A stretch of DNA of 45,179 bases from a virus: the UHGV virus genome UHGV-1374413. One strand, written 5' to 3'. Shown here in pieces: positions 1 to 9,399 of the stretch. The position numbers were made by a program, and so were the translations under genes. The notes beneath the pieces are model-generated. The model was not told the DNA's origin. It did not search any database and saw only the letters and a list, made by a program, of their open reading frames with translations. How positions within the stretch are numbered: position 1 is the first letter of the stretch; each line of letters starts with the position of its first letter.

Positions 1-1016
1 CTTTTATGATTATCGGTTAATGATTCAAGAAGTTCATCGTTTCCAATTTTTTTGCTCGCATGATGTAATTGAGCTTTTTTCATTGATAATTCTTCAATTA
101 ATTCTTTTTGACCTTCTTTTATAAATTTCAAAAAATTATCGATGAAGTAATTTAATTCTCCTTTATTCATCACACTATTTGTTTTATCGAAAATATCGTA
201 GTAAGTTTTCTTATTATTGTCTATTGCTCGCGATAGAGAAATAGCTGTAAGGTTATCATATTCTTTGTCTAAATATAGGCTATTAATAAAACGGGAAGTT
301 CTTCCGTTCCCGTCATAAAAAGGATGGATATAGCCCATATAATAATGTGATATAGCAATTTTAATTACCAATGCTATGTTGTTAGGAGTATTTAAAAAAT
401 TTAACAACTTTTGCAAATGATTAATTATTTTTTCATGAGGATTTACACCTTCATGTATAATTTTATTAGTTGATGTAACCACCTTCACAGTGTCTTTACG
501 GAATAATTCCCCATCAAGTTTATCACTTGTATTAACTTCTTCTTCAGCAATCATGTTGTATATTTTCTTAATATCTTTAGGAGTTTTAGGTAATTCATTC
601 TGTTCGTATAAAATACCTAAGTACGAATTTAACATACTTTTAAACCTTACTACCTTTTTAGGGTTTTCTTTTATTTCTTTCATACTATTAACAATTTCTT
701 GCTTACTACTTTTAACCCCTTCGATTTGGTTAGTAGAAAAAAGTTCATTTACAATAATGTCCTTGTGCAAAGATTCTGTAGCTGCTTCTGGTAAATTTAT
801 AGTATGCTCGATTAATTTTGAATTATTCTTTTCTATATCATTAACCAAGTTTAAAATTTTCGATGTAGGTATATAGTATAAATTAAACTTATCATTTGTT
901 TTATAGGGTCTAATTGTTAAATCTAATAATTCAACATTAGGTGCAGTTATTCTTTTATCATATTCTTTTTCGTACTTTTGTGGATCTTTATAAAAAACCT
1001 TATACATATATTCCAT
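1..1016 (-). CDS. Fic-family (FIDO, putative AMPylating) protein; start at 1016, 3' end beyond the left edge of the window
   Basis: The minus-strand translation contains the Fic motif HPFYDGNGRTSR. RBS GGTGGTGAG lies upstream of the ATG at 1016. Positions 1..~770 are the exact reverse complement of ~44410..45179. Confidence 0.85.
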   Translation of the reverse strand, partial: MEYMYKVFYKDPQKYEKEYDKRITAPNVELLDLTIRPYKTNDKFNLYYIPTSKILNLVNDIEKNNSKLIEHTINLPEAATESLHKDIIVNELFSTNQIEGVKSSKQEIVNSMKEIKENPKKVVRFKSMLNSYLGILYEQNELPKTPKDIKKIYNMIAEEEVNTSDKLDGELFRKDTVKVVTSTNKIIHEGVNPHEKIINHLQKLLNFLNTPNNIALVIKIAISHYYMGYIHPFYDGNGRTSRFINSLYLDKEYDNLTAISLSRAIDNNKKTYYDIFDKTNSVMNKGELNYFIDNFLKFIKEGQKELIEELSMKKAQLHHASKKIGNDELLESLTDNHK

Positions 1017-1167
1017 TTTCTCACCACCTAAGTTATACTTCTTATGGATTTTATCACTTAGGACAAAGAAAAACAACATAATTGTATAAAAAAAGAGGCA
1101 ACCGTCAGCAACAGTTACCTCAAGTACACTCCGCAGATATGTACCGCAATTTCTATTTGATTATAAC

Positions 1168-1204
1168 ATAAAAAAAGAGGGCAGTCGCTAGGACTACCCT
1201 AAAA
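1168..1204 (-). terminator. Rho-independent terminator downstream of the lysis genes
   Basis: Minus-strand hairpin AGGGUAGUC-CUAGC-GACUGCCCU followed by a U7 run, directly downstream of the endolysin stop (1245). Confidence 0.5.
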
Positions 1205-1244
1205 TGGAGATCTTTGTATAATGTCGTACTATTACCATAACATA

Positions 1245-2954
1245 TTAATACACTTTTGTAATTCTTAAACGCTCATGCCAAATATAACCATTGTTATTTT
1301 TAGAATAAACACGACACCAACCGTCCTTAATTTCAAAGACGTAAAATTGGCTATATCCTGCTTTGTAAATGTCGTTAGTAGTGTACCATTCCTTACCTCT
1401 AAATTTAACTAATGCTGCGCTATAATAATCGACACGCGCTCTAAATTTAGCTTTAGACGACTTTTTCATGTTTAATGGTGGAATACTATTCACTTTTATT
1501 CCTGTTGTATCTGCAAGAATATTACGTTGCGCTACTGCTTGTTTATCATCTTTTTTTGCAAAATTCTTACCACCTGCTGTTTTGTAGATATCTTTAACGA
1601 TTAAGCGTTCATACCATACATAACCGTCATTGCTAGGACTGTAAACTCTAGCCCAACCATTACGAATTTCATAAATGTAGAACACGTCGCCCGGATCGTA
1701 TTCTTCACTCGTAACAACCATTACGTTATTATGGTTAGGTCTACAAATTCTAACGCCCTCGCTATCTGCAACCGCTTTGAAGTATGGTTGATTACTCCAT
1801 GTTAAGTTTAGCGGTGGCTTTTTCTCTAACTTGATTGAACTTTTAGATTTACGTTGAGGTTTTTGTACTTCTTTAATATCAGTTAAATCAACGCTATCGT
1901 CTGCGAAGTCTGGCACAATGAAATGTGTTAAGCCTGTGTAATCATCTTCACGTAATTTAGCTGGCGAATTGGCTTTACTATCGAAGTTTTGTTCTAAGAT
2001 TGTAAATGATTTTGTACCGCCGCTATTGTCCCAAACTAAACCAGTATGTCCCCACTTTTTGTAAATTCCTGACGTATAAATTGGAATTGCACAAATAGGC
2101 GGCACGTAATCTCTTGTATTTTTAACCACTTTCCAACCTTTCGGCATGGCGTTTTTAGTGTGTAACTCTTTAGCGTTACCAATGAAACGTACGCCGCCTG
2201 TTACATGATAGATGAAGTCTACAACGACATCTACACATTGATAAGCCCACTCTTTATCAAAGTCGATATATTGTCCTTTCAAGCTGTGCATGTATTCGAT
2301 TGCTTGTTTATACTTAACCACACTTTGTGGCGAAGGTGTCGGCTTTTTAGTTGTTTTTGTTGATAGTTTCTTGCTCGGTGCTGGTTTAACGCCATTAATA
2401 TATTTAGCGATTTGCTTATCTAAATTCTTAACGTTTCTCGAATATCCACAAGCCTCTAATAAGTTTCCGGGATCAATCTTATCAGCTTGAATATCTTGGT
2501 GTCCCGGCACTTCGGTTTTATAATCAATTCCCCAATAGTTACATAAATACGCTAATACACGCGCCATATTATCCAATGACTTACGCGAACGTTGAATGTT
2601 ACCGGGGAAATAACTACCCTCTACACCAAACGCAACGTCGTTAGCATCAGCATTATACCACTGATTGTCAGTAGGCGTGTTATATAATACATGCCATGCT
2701 TTCTCTGTTACTGGAATACATACAATACACTCTTTATCATCAACAAATATATGAGCGCTAGCAACAATTGACCAATCAATCATATAAGTATTTTTATAAT
2801 AATTCACATTCGTTTGAGCCGATGTGTGAGGGTTTCCAGTGTCATGTGCTACTGCAAATAAAGGTTTCTTACTTGTTAAAGGTTGCCCGCTTCTACGTGT
2901 TCCAATCGGTAAAAAATCATATTTAACTGGTACGCCATTCCATTTTTCTGCCAT
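1245..2954 (-). CDS. Endolysin: N-terminal N-acetylmuramoyl-L-alanine amidase (Amidase_2/PGRP), central CHAP peptidase, two C-terminal SH3b (SH3_5) repeats
   Basis: 569 aa. Amidase_2-like N-terminus. CHAP Cys/His motifs AYQCVD ... WGHTGLVW. Two repeats (YIYEIRNGWARVYS...YVWYERL and YVFEIKDGWCRVYS...YIWHERL) typical of staphylococcal SH3b wall-binding domains. Last gene before the prophage end. Confidence 0.85.
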   Translation of the reverse strand: MAEKWNGVPVKYDFLPIGTRRSGQPLTSKKPLFAVAHDTGNPHTSAQTNVNYYKNTYMIDWSIVASAHIFVDDKECIVCIPVTEKAWHVLYNTPTDNQWYNADANDVAFGVEGSYFPGNIQRSRKSLDNMARVLAYLCNYWGIDYKTEVPGHQDIQADKIDPGNLLEACGYSRNVKNLDKQIAKYINGVKPAPSKKLSTKTTKKPTPSPQSVVKYKQAIEYMHSLKGQYIDFDKEWAYQCVDVVVDFIYHVTGGVRFIGNAKELHTKNAMPKGWKVVKNTRDYVPPICAIPIYTSGIYKKWGHTGLVWDNSGGTKSFTILEQNFDSKANSPAKLREDDYTGLTHFIVPDFADDSVDLTDIKEVQKPQRKSKSSIKLEKKPPLNLTWSNQPYFKAVADSEGVRICRPNHNNVMVVTSEEYDPGDVFYIYEIRNGWARVYSPSNDGYVWYERLIVKDIYKTAGGKNFAKKDDKQAVAQRNILADTTGIKVNSIPPLNMKKSSKAKFRARVDYYSAALVKFRGKEWYTTNDIYKAGYSQFYVFEIKDGWCRVYSKNNNGYIWHERLRITKVY

Positions 2955-3262
2955 TATGCACGACCTCCACCAATTTTATTATTTTTATCTTTAGTTGAAC
3001 CTGTACGTGGTCGAACTGTTTCCCAGATACCAGTAGCCATTAGTCCACTAATCAAACCAGCAAGCAATCGACCTCCGATTGATAATTCGGTAACAATTTC
3101 AGGAATAAAAGCTGTAATACCACCTAAAACAACACCAATACCAATAGCAATTAAAGGCACAATGTTTTTAGGTACGCCAGCTTGCTTAACTAATTGTGTT
3201 AATGCGATTGTGATAACTGAAATTACTGTTGCAAATGCAATAATACTTTCCATTTCTTCCAC
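2954..3262 (-). CDS. Holin (small protein with 3 predicted TM helices)
   Basis: 102 aa, three hydrophobic segments, charged C-terminal tail. Stop overlaps the endolysin start (ATGA). Confidence 0.75.
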   Translation of the reverse strand: MEEMESIIAFATVISVITIALTQLVKQAGVPKNIVPLIAIGIGVVLGGITAFIPEIVTELSIGGRLLAGLISGLMATGIWETVRPRTGSTKDKNNKIGGGRA

Positions 3263-3272
3263 TCCTTATTCA

Positions 3273-3303
3273 AAATAAAAAGCCGACCTAAAAAGGTCAG
3301 CTT
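3273..3303 (-). terminator. Rho-independent terminator between the tail genes and the lysis cassette
   Basis: Hairpin AGCUGACC-UUUUUA-GGUCGGCU followed by UUUUUAUUUUG on the minus strand. A weaker plus-strand reading is also possible. Confidence 0.5.
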
Positions 3304-3309
3304 GTAGTG

Positions 3310-3453
3310 TTATTCTTTAATTGTGTCTTGGTATTCTTGTCCAGTTAATTCTTTAAACTCTTCTTCTGTTACAAAACCTCGTTTTACGAATAAAGCAAAC
3401 TGTTCTTCGTTATATAAACCCATTTTATAGTATCTAATACCTATATTACGCAT
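3310..3453 (-). CDS. Small hypothetical protein (47 aa) not in the ORF track
   Basis: Hand translation MRNIGIRYYKMGLYNEEQFALFVKRGFVTEEEFKELTGQEYQDTIKE. RBS GGAGAGTGG 5 nt upstream of the ATG. Densely packed late region. Confidence 0.4.
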   Translation of the reverse strand: MRNIGIRYYKMGLYNEEQFALFVKRGFVTEEEFKELTGQEYQDTIKE

Positions 3454-3790
3454 TGTTACCACTCTCCAAAACTTGTAATGTTAAATTCGCCATATCATTC
3501 TGTAAATTTACTACTGTATTTTGCGTTTCCATTAATTGTAATGTTAAATCTGCTATTAAAACATCTTTATCATCCGGTGTTTCTTCTACTTCAATTTTAG
3601 GCTGTTGTTCCAACCATTCTTCGTACGGTGTACCCACCCATTTTTCACCATCAAAATGGATAGGTTCATAAAGTCCTTCTGGTGGTGCAATATCAGTCCA
3701 TTGCCCCTCTGGATATTCTAATTCTCCATCTTTATTCTCCATGACTAGAAATGATGTTCCATCATAAAAATAAATTTGTTTTGTTTTCAT
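3446..3790 (-). CDS. Hypothetical tail-module protein
   Basis: The ORF track gives 3446..3847. An internal start at MKTKQIYFYDG (3790) has RBS GGAGAGTGGAGGAT and avoids a 44-nt overlap with the upstream fiber gene. Confidence 0.6.
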   Translation of the reverse strand: MKTKQIYFYDGTSFLVMENKDGELEYPEGQWTDIAPPEGLYEPIHFDGEKWVGTPYEEWLEQQPKIEVEETPDDKDVLIADLTLQLMETQNTVVNLQNDMANLTLQVLESGNNA

Positions 3791-3803
3791 ATCCTCCACT
3801 CTC

Positions 3804-5150
3804 CTATAATGATATTGTTCCTTCGATATAATAAGGTTCATTAGCATCTACTGTACTATTAGGTTCAAATGTTATTTTTAGTTCTCCAGAAGTAATCATA
3901 GTTATATTATATATAGCTGATGTATTCATATATGGATTTATTTTCACTTTTGAATACTCTGCATAACTGCTTATTTTTTGTGAAATATTTGTTGGTAACT
4001 TTGCAAACTCCATTGTTCTTGAAGTAATATTCTTTACTGATCCTTTAATAAATAACAAATTAGTATCATTTATAGTAACAAGTCTATATTTTGGTTGGTT
4101 TGCGGTCCCAGCTTGTGTCGTTCCGTTAATTAATGAAAGTGGTTGCCACCCAGTGTCAATATAGTCGTTACTCAAGTTTTCCCATTCTATCCAACCAATT
4201 GATTCTGAATAAGTTTTAATATATAAATCGTTACGATTATACGAAGAATAATATATTTTCCTACCATTTCCTTCGTTCTTTTGTATAAAAACATATCCAG
4301 TAGCTCCACTAGGAGAATCTTGAGCTTTTAGGTTAAAATAAAATCCCGATTTTGCAGATAAAAGATTATCATTAGTCATTGGATTACCATCATAAAAATT
4401 AGTTATTTGATTACCACTATCATTAGTTAATTTATGTTTTTGCCAATTTGTAAAATCGGGTAAAGTAGGTGTTTCTCCTGGTGGACCTGGAGGTCCTTGT
4501 TCGCCTTGTAGACCTTTTTCTCCAGTATCGCCTTTAGGCCCCATAGGACCTGTTGGACCTGCTGGACCCATTTCACCATCTATTCCGTTTGCTCCTTGTT
4601 CGCCTTTTGGCCCTTGTGGACCAGTATCACCTTTATCGCCTTTTGGCCCTCTAAAACGTTCAATGTCTTTTAACATAATTCGTTCAACGATATCATCTAA
4701 CATATCAACATGAACTTCTTTACCGATTGCTTTTGTGATACCACTATCGTTTACTTTGAAATAGAAATCTGCCACATGTGAACTATCATCAGTCAAATTG
4801 CTACTATCAATTAAGAATAATTTTGCTTGTACACGTCCTACGTGCTTTGTTACATAGTCAGATACGTTGTAACGCACATGACCTTCTTCTGCTTTCACTA
4901 CTTCTAATTCCTCATTAGTAAAAATAGAGCCATCTTCAGCAATTAGATGCAATACTGGTTTGAATGTCGTTTGATTTAAATTTACTGGAATAAATTCTTT
5001 TTCTTCGCTAAAGATATTACGCTTTTTAATATGAATATCTAATACAGAAGTAGAGTTATCCATTGTGTAAAGATTGACATTGATATTACCTAAGTCAATA
5101 CCTCGCTCATCTATACGAGCAATTACTTTACCTTGCTTGAACGTTTCCAT
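3804..5150 (-). CDS. Tail fiber protein with a collagen-like Gly-X-Y triple-helix region
   Basis: 448 aa. About 60 residues of uninterrupted G-X-Y repeats ([59 protein letters not shown]). Position within the tail/baseplate module. Confidence 0.8.
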   Translation of the reverse strand: METFKQGKVIARIDERGIDLGNINVNLYTMDNSTSVLDIHIKKRNIFSEEKEFIPVNLNQTTFKPVLHLIAEDGSIFTNEELEVVKAEEGHVRYNVSDYVTKHVGRVQAKLFLIDSSNLTDDSSHVADFYFKVNDSGITKAIGKEVHVDMLDDIVERIMLKDIERFRGPKGDKGDTGPQGPKGEQGANGIDGEMGPAGPTGPMGPKGDTGEKGLQGEQGPPGPPGETPTLPDFTNWQKHKLTNDSGNQITNFYDGNPMTNDNLLSAKSGFYFNLKAQDSPSGATGYVFIQKNEGNGRKIYYSSYNRNDLYIKTYSESIGWIEWENLSNDYIDTGWQPLSLINGTTQAGTANQPKYRLVTINDTNLLFIKGSVKNITSRTMEFAKLPTNISQKISSYAEYSKVKINPYMNTSAIYNITMITSGELKITFEPNSTVDANEPYYIEGTISL

Positions 5151-5202
5151 TTAAGCACCTCTTTTACATAAATTTAGGACCACATGCTGACAGCATGTAG
5201 TC

Positions 5203-6966
5203 CTATGTTTGTTTGTATCGGTCACGTATAAAGTGTTCACCTTTTAGACCGATTTTTTCATATAAACTTTTAATTGTATTCGCTTGATGTTGCGCCCAAC
5301 GTACATCAGTAGCGTATTGGTGTGTACCAGGATGTTGAGGGTTCCAACGCATTCTATATAATGTTTGTTGTCCTTGATCGATATATCCTCTTCTAACAAA
5401 CTTAGCACCACCGATGATAGCTTTAGAAGGAGTAGTCCAACCTTGATTTCTAGCAAATGTCATAGCGTAGTTAGGGTTGCTGTCATAAGCAGCAATACCG
5501 AAGTAGTTATAAACGCCGTAACTTCCGCTAGCGAAAGCGGAACGACCATATCCACTTTCTAAGAATGCATGTGCAATTAAGTAGATTTCGTTCACGTTAT
5601 ATTTCTTACAAGCTGAAGCGAAAGCTTTACCTTGTCCGTACAGAGTACCTTTACCTTTGAGTATTTTATTTAACTTGCTTACTGATATGCCTTGATATTT
5701 ACCTAAGTTAAGCATTTGATATTTCTGAGTTGAACTGTTCCAAATCTCTAAACTGTTCATCGCTTTTAATGTAGCCGTTCGACTAGCATTGTACCAACCT
5801 GTACCGTAGTTGATTTGTGGCCATTTTGTCATTTGAATATCAACCGCTCGTTTAAATGAGTAATTACTGTAAACAACCATAACTTTAGGCTTACTAGATA
5901 CTTTTTTTCTTGACGACGATGATGAAGATGAAGATGAGTTTTCTTTCTTCTTAACTTTAATTTTAACTTTAGTTGTTTTACCATTTCTCACTTCTTTGAG
6001 TATCTTGTTTTTATCTTTGTATAACCCAAGTAGTGCTTTTTCAACCCTGTCAAGAACCTTAGAAGAAGGCTTACCGTCGATTAGAGGGTCAAAGTTACCA
6101 TGTTCCATAACGGTACGCCATAAGTCGTCAGTAACCTTCACTGATGATTGTTTAATTGGAATTTTATACCTTTGTAGTTGCCCAACGCCAAATATGATTG
6201 CGTGTAGTTCGTTAAGTAAGAAATCTGTTTTGGTATCGCTGTAATCTCCACACACTTCAATCACAATATGGTCAGGTTCACTAGGCACTTTGATATCTGT
6301 ATATCGTGGTTGCCAGATGTGATGACGGTCAATGTAGAAGTGTGGATATTCATCGTTAGAAATGTATTTGTTTCTGTCATAATACATCTGTTGTACAGAA
6401 CACATTGTTCCGGCATTCTTGACTGATATACCTTTAGGCTTACGAGTTCTTAATTCTCCATGAGCAATTCTGTGGGGGATGAATGTAGGAAAATCAACAT
6501 TCTCATCATCTTCTGCGGTTACTGTAATAATCTTTCGTTTTTTAAGTGGTTCTTTTTTAGTTTTCGGTTTCGGTCTGTCTGAAGAATCGCCTTTGTCATT
6601 AGATGGTGTTGAAGTTTTTGGTTCTTCTTTATAAGGTGGTCGAACGAAGTAGAGACTACCACCCATACCGTTATAATTATGATTAACATACGCAGCTTTG
6701 CTACCGTAATAACTGTTGGCATTGTACCAATTTTGGTCAATACATTTAAAGTTACTTTTATCGCTAGGACCAATAACTATTGCAGTATGACCTGCCGAAC
6801 CATAAGTCCAAACTGCTATATCACCCGGCTTAGGAACGAAATTAGAAGCATTTGCATATATCTTCCAATCACGGCTGGGGTACTGACTACGACGTGCCAT
6901 CGCATTCGCATTACCCCACGTTCTAAATCCCCAATATCTGTCAAAGATATAGTTAGGTAAATCCCA
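5203..6966 (-). CDS. Virion-associated peptidoglycan hydrolase, exon 2 (rest of CHAP domain + C-terminal glucosaminidase domain)
   Basis: The frame opens WDLPNYIFDRYWGF...GHTAIVIG (CHAP His region). The C-terminus has an endo-beta-N-acetylglucosaminidase-like region (YLIAHAFLESGYG...YNYFGIAAYD). Poly-Ser linker. Architecture matches phi11-type tail-associated muralytic enzymes. Confidence 0.8.
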   Translation of the reverse strand, partial: WDLPNYIFDRYWGFRTWGNANAMARRSQYPSRDWKIYANASNFVPKPGDIAVWTYGSAGHTAIVIGPSDKSNFKCIDQNWYNANSYYGSKAAYVNHNYNGMGGSLYFVRPPYKEEPKTSTPSNDKGDSSDRPKPKTKKEPLKKRKIITVTAEDDENVDFPTFIPHRIAHGELRTRKPKGISVKNAGTMCSVQQMYYDRNKYISNDEYPHFYIDRHHIWQPRYTDIKVPSEPDHIVIEVCGDYSDTKTDFLLNELHAIIFGVGQLQRYKIPIKQSSVKVTDDLWRTVMEHGNFDPLIDGKPSSKVLDRVEKALLGLYKDKNKILKEVRNGKTTKVKIKVKKKENSSSSSSSSSRKKVSSKPKVMVVYSNYSFKRAVDIQMTKWPQINYGTGWYNASRTATLKAMNSLEIWNSSTQKYQMLNLGKYQGISVSKLNKILKGKGTLYGQGKAFASACKKYNVNEIYLIAHAFLESGYGRSAFASGSYGVYNYFGIAAYDSNPNYAMTFARNQGWTTPSKAIIGGAKFVRRGYIDQGQQTLYRMRWNPQHPGTHQYATDVRWAQHQANTIKSLYEKIGLKGEHFIRDRYKQT

Positions 6967-7211
6967 CAATTTTGTTGCGATAACAGGCGCTACTTGTTAC
7001 CTTCTTCATATTTCTATGAACGTTCAGACTATATCATCAACCTATTAGGTTGCTCCCCGTTTCCACTCGCTTGAGTGTACGTCTTTCGACTAGTCGTTGC
7101 ACGTTCCTATTTCTAGGCTTCGCTCATGATTGCCCTCGTCTTATGCATTAGGGTTTCCCATGAATTAGAGGAGTTTGCTATAACGATTACTCGTTAAAGG
7201 TGCTAGATTTA
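6967..7211 (-). other. Group I self-splicing intron (245 nt, no internal ORF) interrupting the tail hydrolase gene inside the CHAP active-site motif
   Basis: Exon 1 ends ...GMYGYQC (last nt U), exon 2 begins WDLPNYIF, and the intron ends in G. The intron carries R-like (GUGCAACGACUAGUCG) and S-like (GAUAUAGUCUGAAC) elements able to form P7 (GACUA/UAGUC). Removing it restores an in-frame CHAP domain. Confidence 0.75.
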
Positions 7212-7328
7212 ACACTGATACCCATACATACCATCTATATTGACACCTAATTTGTTATCAGCTAACCATTTAGCCCATGCTACTACCTGTTTGGCTGTTG
7301 GTTTGCCTGATGAAGGTAAAATTGCCAT
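7212..7328 (-). CDS. Virion-associated peptidoglycan hydrolase, exon 1 (39 codons, N-terminus of CHAP domain)
   Basis: Hand translation MAILPSSGKPTAKQVVAWAKWLADNKLGVNIDGMYGYQC. RBS GGAAGGTGGATAA upstream of the ATG at 7328. Ends in the CHAP catalytic Cys context. Confidence 0.75.
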
Positions 7329-7348
7329 TTATCCACCTTCCTTTTTGT

Positions 7349-7378
7349 ATAATAAAAAGCCGATACACGAATGTATCG
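7349..7378 (-). terminator. Rho-independent terminator
   Basis: Minus-strand hairpin GUCGAUACA-UUCG-UGUAUCGGC followed by UUUUUAUUAU, downstream of the XhlA-like gene. Confidence 0.5.
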
Positions 7379-7380
7379 AC

Positions 7381-7791
7381 TTATTTGAATATCAACGGTG
7401 CAAGTTGCATGGCTGTTCCGAGTAAAGCAAATATTCCACTAATAATTGCTGTTGCTATCCCAACATTCCATTTTTGTTTATCACTTACCGTTGCATTAAT
7501 CTTGTCTAATTCATCTGAATGTTTATCTACTTGATTTTTAACTTCGTTGAAACCGTCTTTAAAACTAGTTATTTCTCCACTTATTTTTTCTAAGTGTTTT
7601 TCAGAACGTTCCTGTGATTGATAGTTTTTTTCTTGTATTGCGTTTTGAGTATCAATCTTACCGTTTAAAGCGATAATTTGCTTATCAGTCTGATTGATCC
7701 GTTCATAAATTTTACCGTTACTTCTTTCAAATTCGTGGCGTTTAACGTAATCATTTTCTTCTGACAATCTCAGCACCTCCGAAGAATGCAA
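7381..7791 (-). CDS. XhlA-like protein (coiled coil with C-terminal transmembrane anchor)
   Basis: 136 aa. Long coiled-coil region and hydrophobic C-terminus (WNVGIATAIISGIFALLGTAMQLAPLIF), as in XhlA-family haemolysin/lysis-associated proteins. Confidence 0.6.
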   Translation of the reverse strand: MHSSEVLRLSEENDYVKRHEFERSNGKIYERINQTDKQIIALNGKIDTQNAIQEKNYQSQERSEKHLEKISGEITSFKDGFNEVKNQVDKHSDELDKINATVSDKQKWNVGIATAIISGIFALLGTAMQLAPLIFK

Positions 7792-8170
7792 GTCCCACGT
7801 TTATCATGGTTATCGTGGCGAACTGCAAAGGTGATAACCAGTTAATCGCATTGTAGACACTTGCTGATGTCATAAAAAAATAGAAGATTGCATTTCCGCA
7901 ACCTCCTATTAATATGAGATAGTCAAAGATATGGTTTAATTTTTGTTTTGGTAAAAAAAACGGTGCGATAATGATAAAAATACTACAAATCATTCCTAAA
8001 ACGCCCCATACCCAAATTGGCATGATGTGATGAAGCGCTAAGTAGAAATCACTATCATCAAGAATATCATTTTGTTCTTTCGTCCAAAAGAAACCACGTT
8101 CAAACTCTAATAAACCTATTCCACTAAGCAAAACAACAACTAGTGAATAAAGTATCGTGTTCTTTTTCAA
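7751..8170 (-). CDS. Membrane protein (4 predicted TM helices), function unknown
   Basis: 139 aa with four hydrophobic segments. Overlaps the XhlA-like gene. Confidence 0.6.
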   Translation of the reverse strand: MKKNTILYSLVVVLLSGIGLLEFERGFFWTKEQNDILDDSDFYLALHHIMPIWVWGVLGMICSIFIIIAPFFLPKQKLNHIFDYLILIGGCGNAIFYFFMTSASVYNAINWLSPLQFATITMINVGLAFFGGAEIVRRK

Positions 8171-8190
8171 AGTATTACACCTTCTTTCTA

Positions 8191-9387
8191 TTAAGTTTCA
8201 GTAACATCTGCAATCATTTCACCTACGTTTATATTATTTGTTGCATCGTACCAACTTCCCCAACCCGTTGTACTTCCCATCATATTACGTGAGTAAATTC
8301 TGTGTCTGTTGAACGGTAAGAACAATACTTTCTTATAGCTAGAACTTCTTGACATAACGAATAAGTAACCACTTTGATTATCAGGCTCAGGTGAGTTAAC
8401 TGGATTATACGCGTAATAGAATCCTGAAGATTCGATGCCACTCATAGTGTGTAAGTCAGGACTATCGATTCTTGGAATATAACCGTCATTATCAGTGAAT
8501 GCGAAACGTTGTAATGAAGCGTTAGCTACTGCTTCGTCGACTTTTTCTTTAATGATTGCATCTAAACCTGGTATCTCAGTAGGTTCGGACGGAGTAACGT
8601 CTCCGACATTAGCTTTACCGTCTAATTGTTCAGTTAGTTCTTCGTTAGTTGGATAGTTTGCAAGTAACGTATTTAATTCATCTTCAGTAACAAAATTTTC
8701 TGTACCGTTTTCCAATTCGCTAAGCGTTTGCAGCATTTTGTCGTCAATTGAGTTGAGTCGATCTATAAGGTCTTTTTGCGTATTGTTTGCAAATGCATTC
8801 ATATCATTCTTCATATCATTAACTTGTTTAATGAAAGCATTTTTTTGTGCATTTACAAACGCAGTGAAATCAGCTTGTGCTGTTTCGATATCGCTAAAAT
8901 TTTGTGAAACACTTTCGATTTTTTCTTTGAAGTTATCAATTAAATCGTCAATTTCACGAATATAACTAATTTTGATATCTGCATCAATTTGATTAATTAA
9001 CGCATCTTTGACATAGAAACGGAATTCATTTAATACAACTGTATCTTTACGACCAACAGCTTTGATGTAGATTTGACCTGTGACATAAGTGTCTGTTGCA
9101 GCTTTTAAGAAGTCGTTATCTAAAGTGAGTTGAATGATACCTTGCATTGGATTAACGTAATCAACTTGAACACGTCCAGTTGACGATCCGTTATCAGATA
9201 CAAAGTAAGCATAAATATCGGTATTTACTTTACTGATTTCTAATGGATAATCTTGTTTTCTTACTTGAAACGTTAAAACTGCTGTATTGATATCCATGTT
9301 ATAAAAACCGATATTCTCGTCAGTAATAGGCTTCAAACGTGGCTCATCAACAACTGTGATTTTCGCTTCTTTTTTTAAACCATCCAT
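8191..9387 (-). CDS. Baseplate upper protein / tail fiber (BppU-like)
   Basis: 398 aa. Coiled-coil middle region and conserved C-terminal beta-rich region. Position between the peptidase-containing baseplate protein and the lysis-like genes. Confidence 0.6.
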   Translation of the reverse strand: MDGLKKEAKITVVDEPRLKPITDENIGFYNMDINTAVLTFQVRKQDYPLEISKVNTDIYAYFVSDNGSSTGRVQVDYVNPMQGIIQLTLDNDFLKAATDTYVTGQIYIKAVGRKDTVVLNEFRFYVKDALINQIDADIKISYIREIDDLIDNFKEKIESVSQNFSDIETAQADFTAFVNAQKNAFIKQVNDMKNDMNAFANNTQKDLIDRLNSIDDKMLQTLSELENGTENFVTEDELNTLLANYPTNEELTEQLDGKANVGDVTPSEPTEIPGLDAIIKEKVDEAVANASLQRFAFTDNDGYIPRIDSPDLHTMSGIESSGFYYAYNPVNSPEPDNQSGYLFVMSRSSSYKKVLFLPFNRHRIYSRNMMGSTTGWGSWYDATNNINVGEMIADVTET

Positions 9388-9399
9388 TTAAAAACCTCC

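Noticed and set aside
490-876. 128-aa plus-strand ORF in the track
   Set aside because: It is antisense to the Fic gene, whose minus-strand frame carries the HPFxxGNGR motif. The translation is hydrophobic low-complexity with no RBS.
1028-1060. Possible att core: TTATACTT-containing segment at 1028-1058 versus 44347-44365
   Set aside because: Only ~8 contiguous matching bases with indels on either side, which is not a convincing direct repeat. No att core could be identified, consistent with the rearranged Fic junction.
2290-2490. 66-aa plus-strand ORF, and similar nested antisense ORFs (3453.., 5244.., 5365.., 5996.., 6519.., 6679.., 8738.., 9600.., 12879.., 17327.., 18050.., 18483.., 19925.., 21264.., 22265.., 22272.., 23688.., 25294.., 25536.., 27358.., 30217.., 30500.., 31975.., 32160.., 33540.., 33981.., 36515.., 36897.., 36946.., 38892.., 39356.., 40581.., 42113.., 42331.., 42354.., 42537..)
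   Set aside because: Each is embedded in or antisense to a longer, well-supported gene, has no RBS, and its composition reflects AT-rich alternative frames.
4470-4650. Repetitive GGACC/GGTCC-rich DNA that could be mistaken for a repeat element or CRISPR-like array
   Set aside because: It encodes the Gly-X-Y collagen-like region of the tail fiber in frame. No spacer/repeat architecture.
7240-7534. Plus-strand ORFs 7240..7425 and 7277..7534
   Set aside because: They overlap exon 1 of the hydrolase gene and the XhlA-like gene on the opposite strand. No RBS. Judged spurious.
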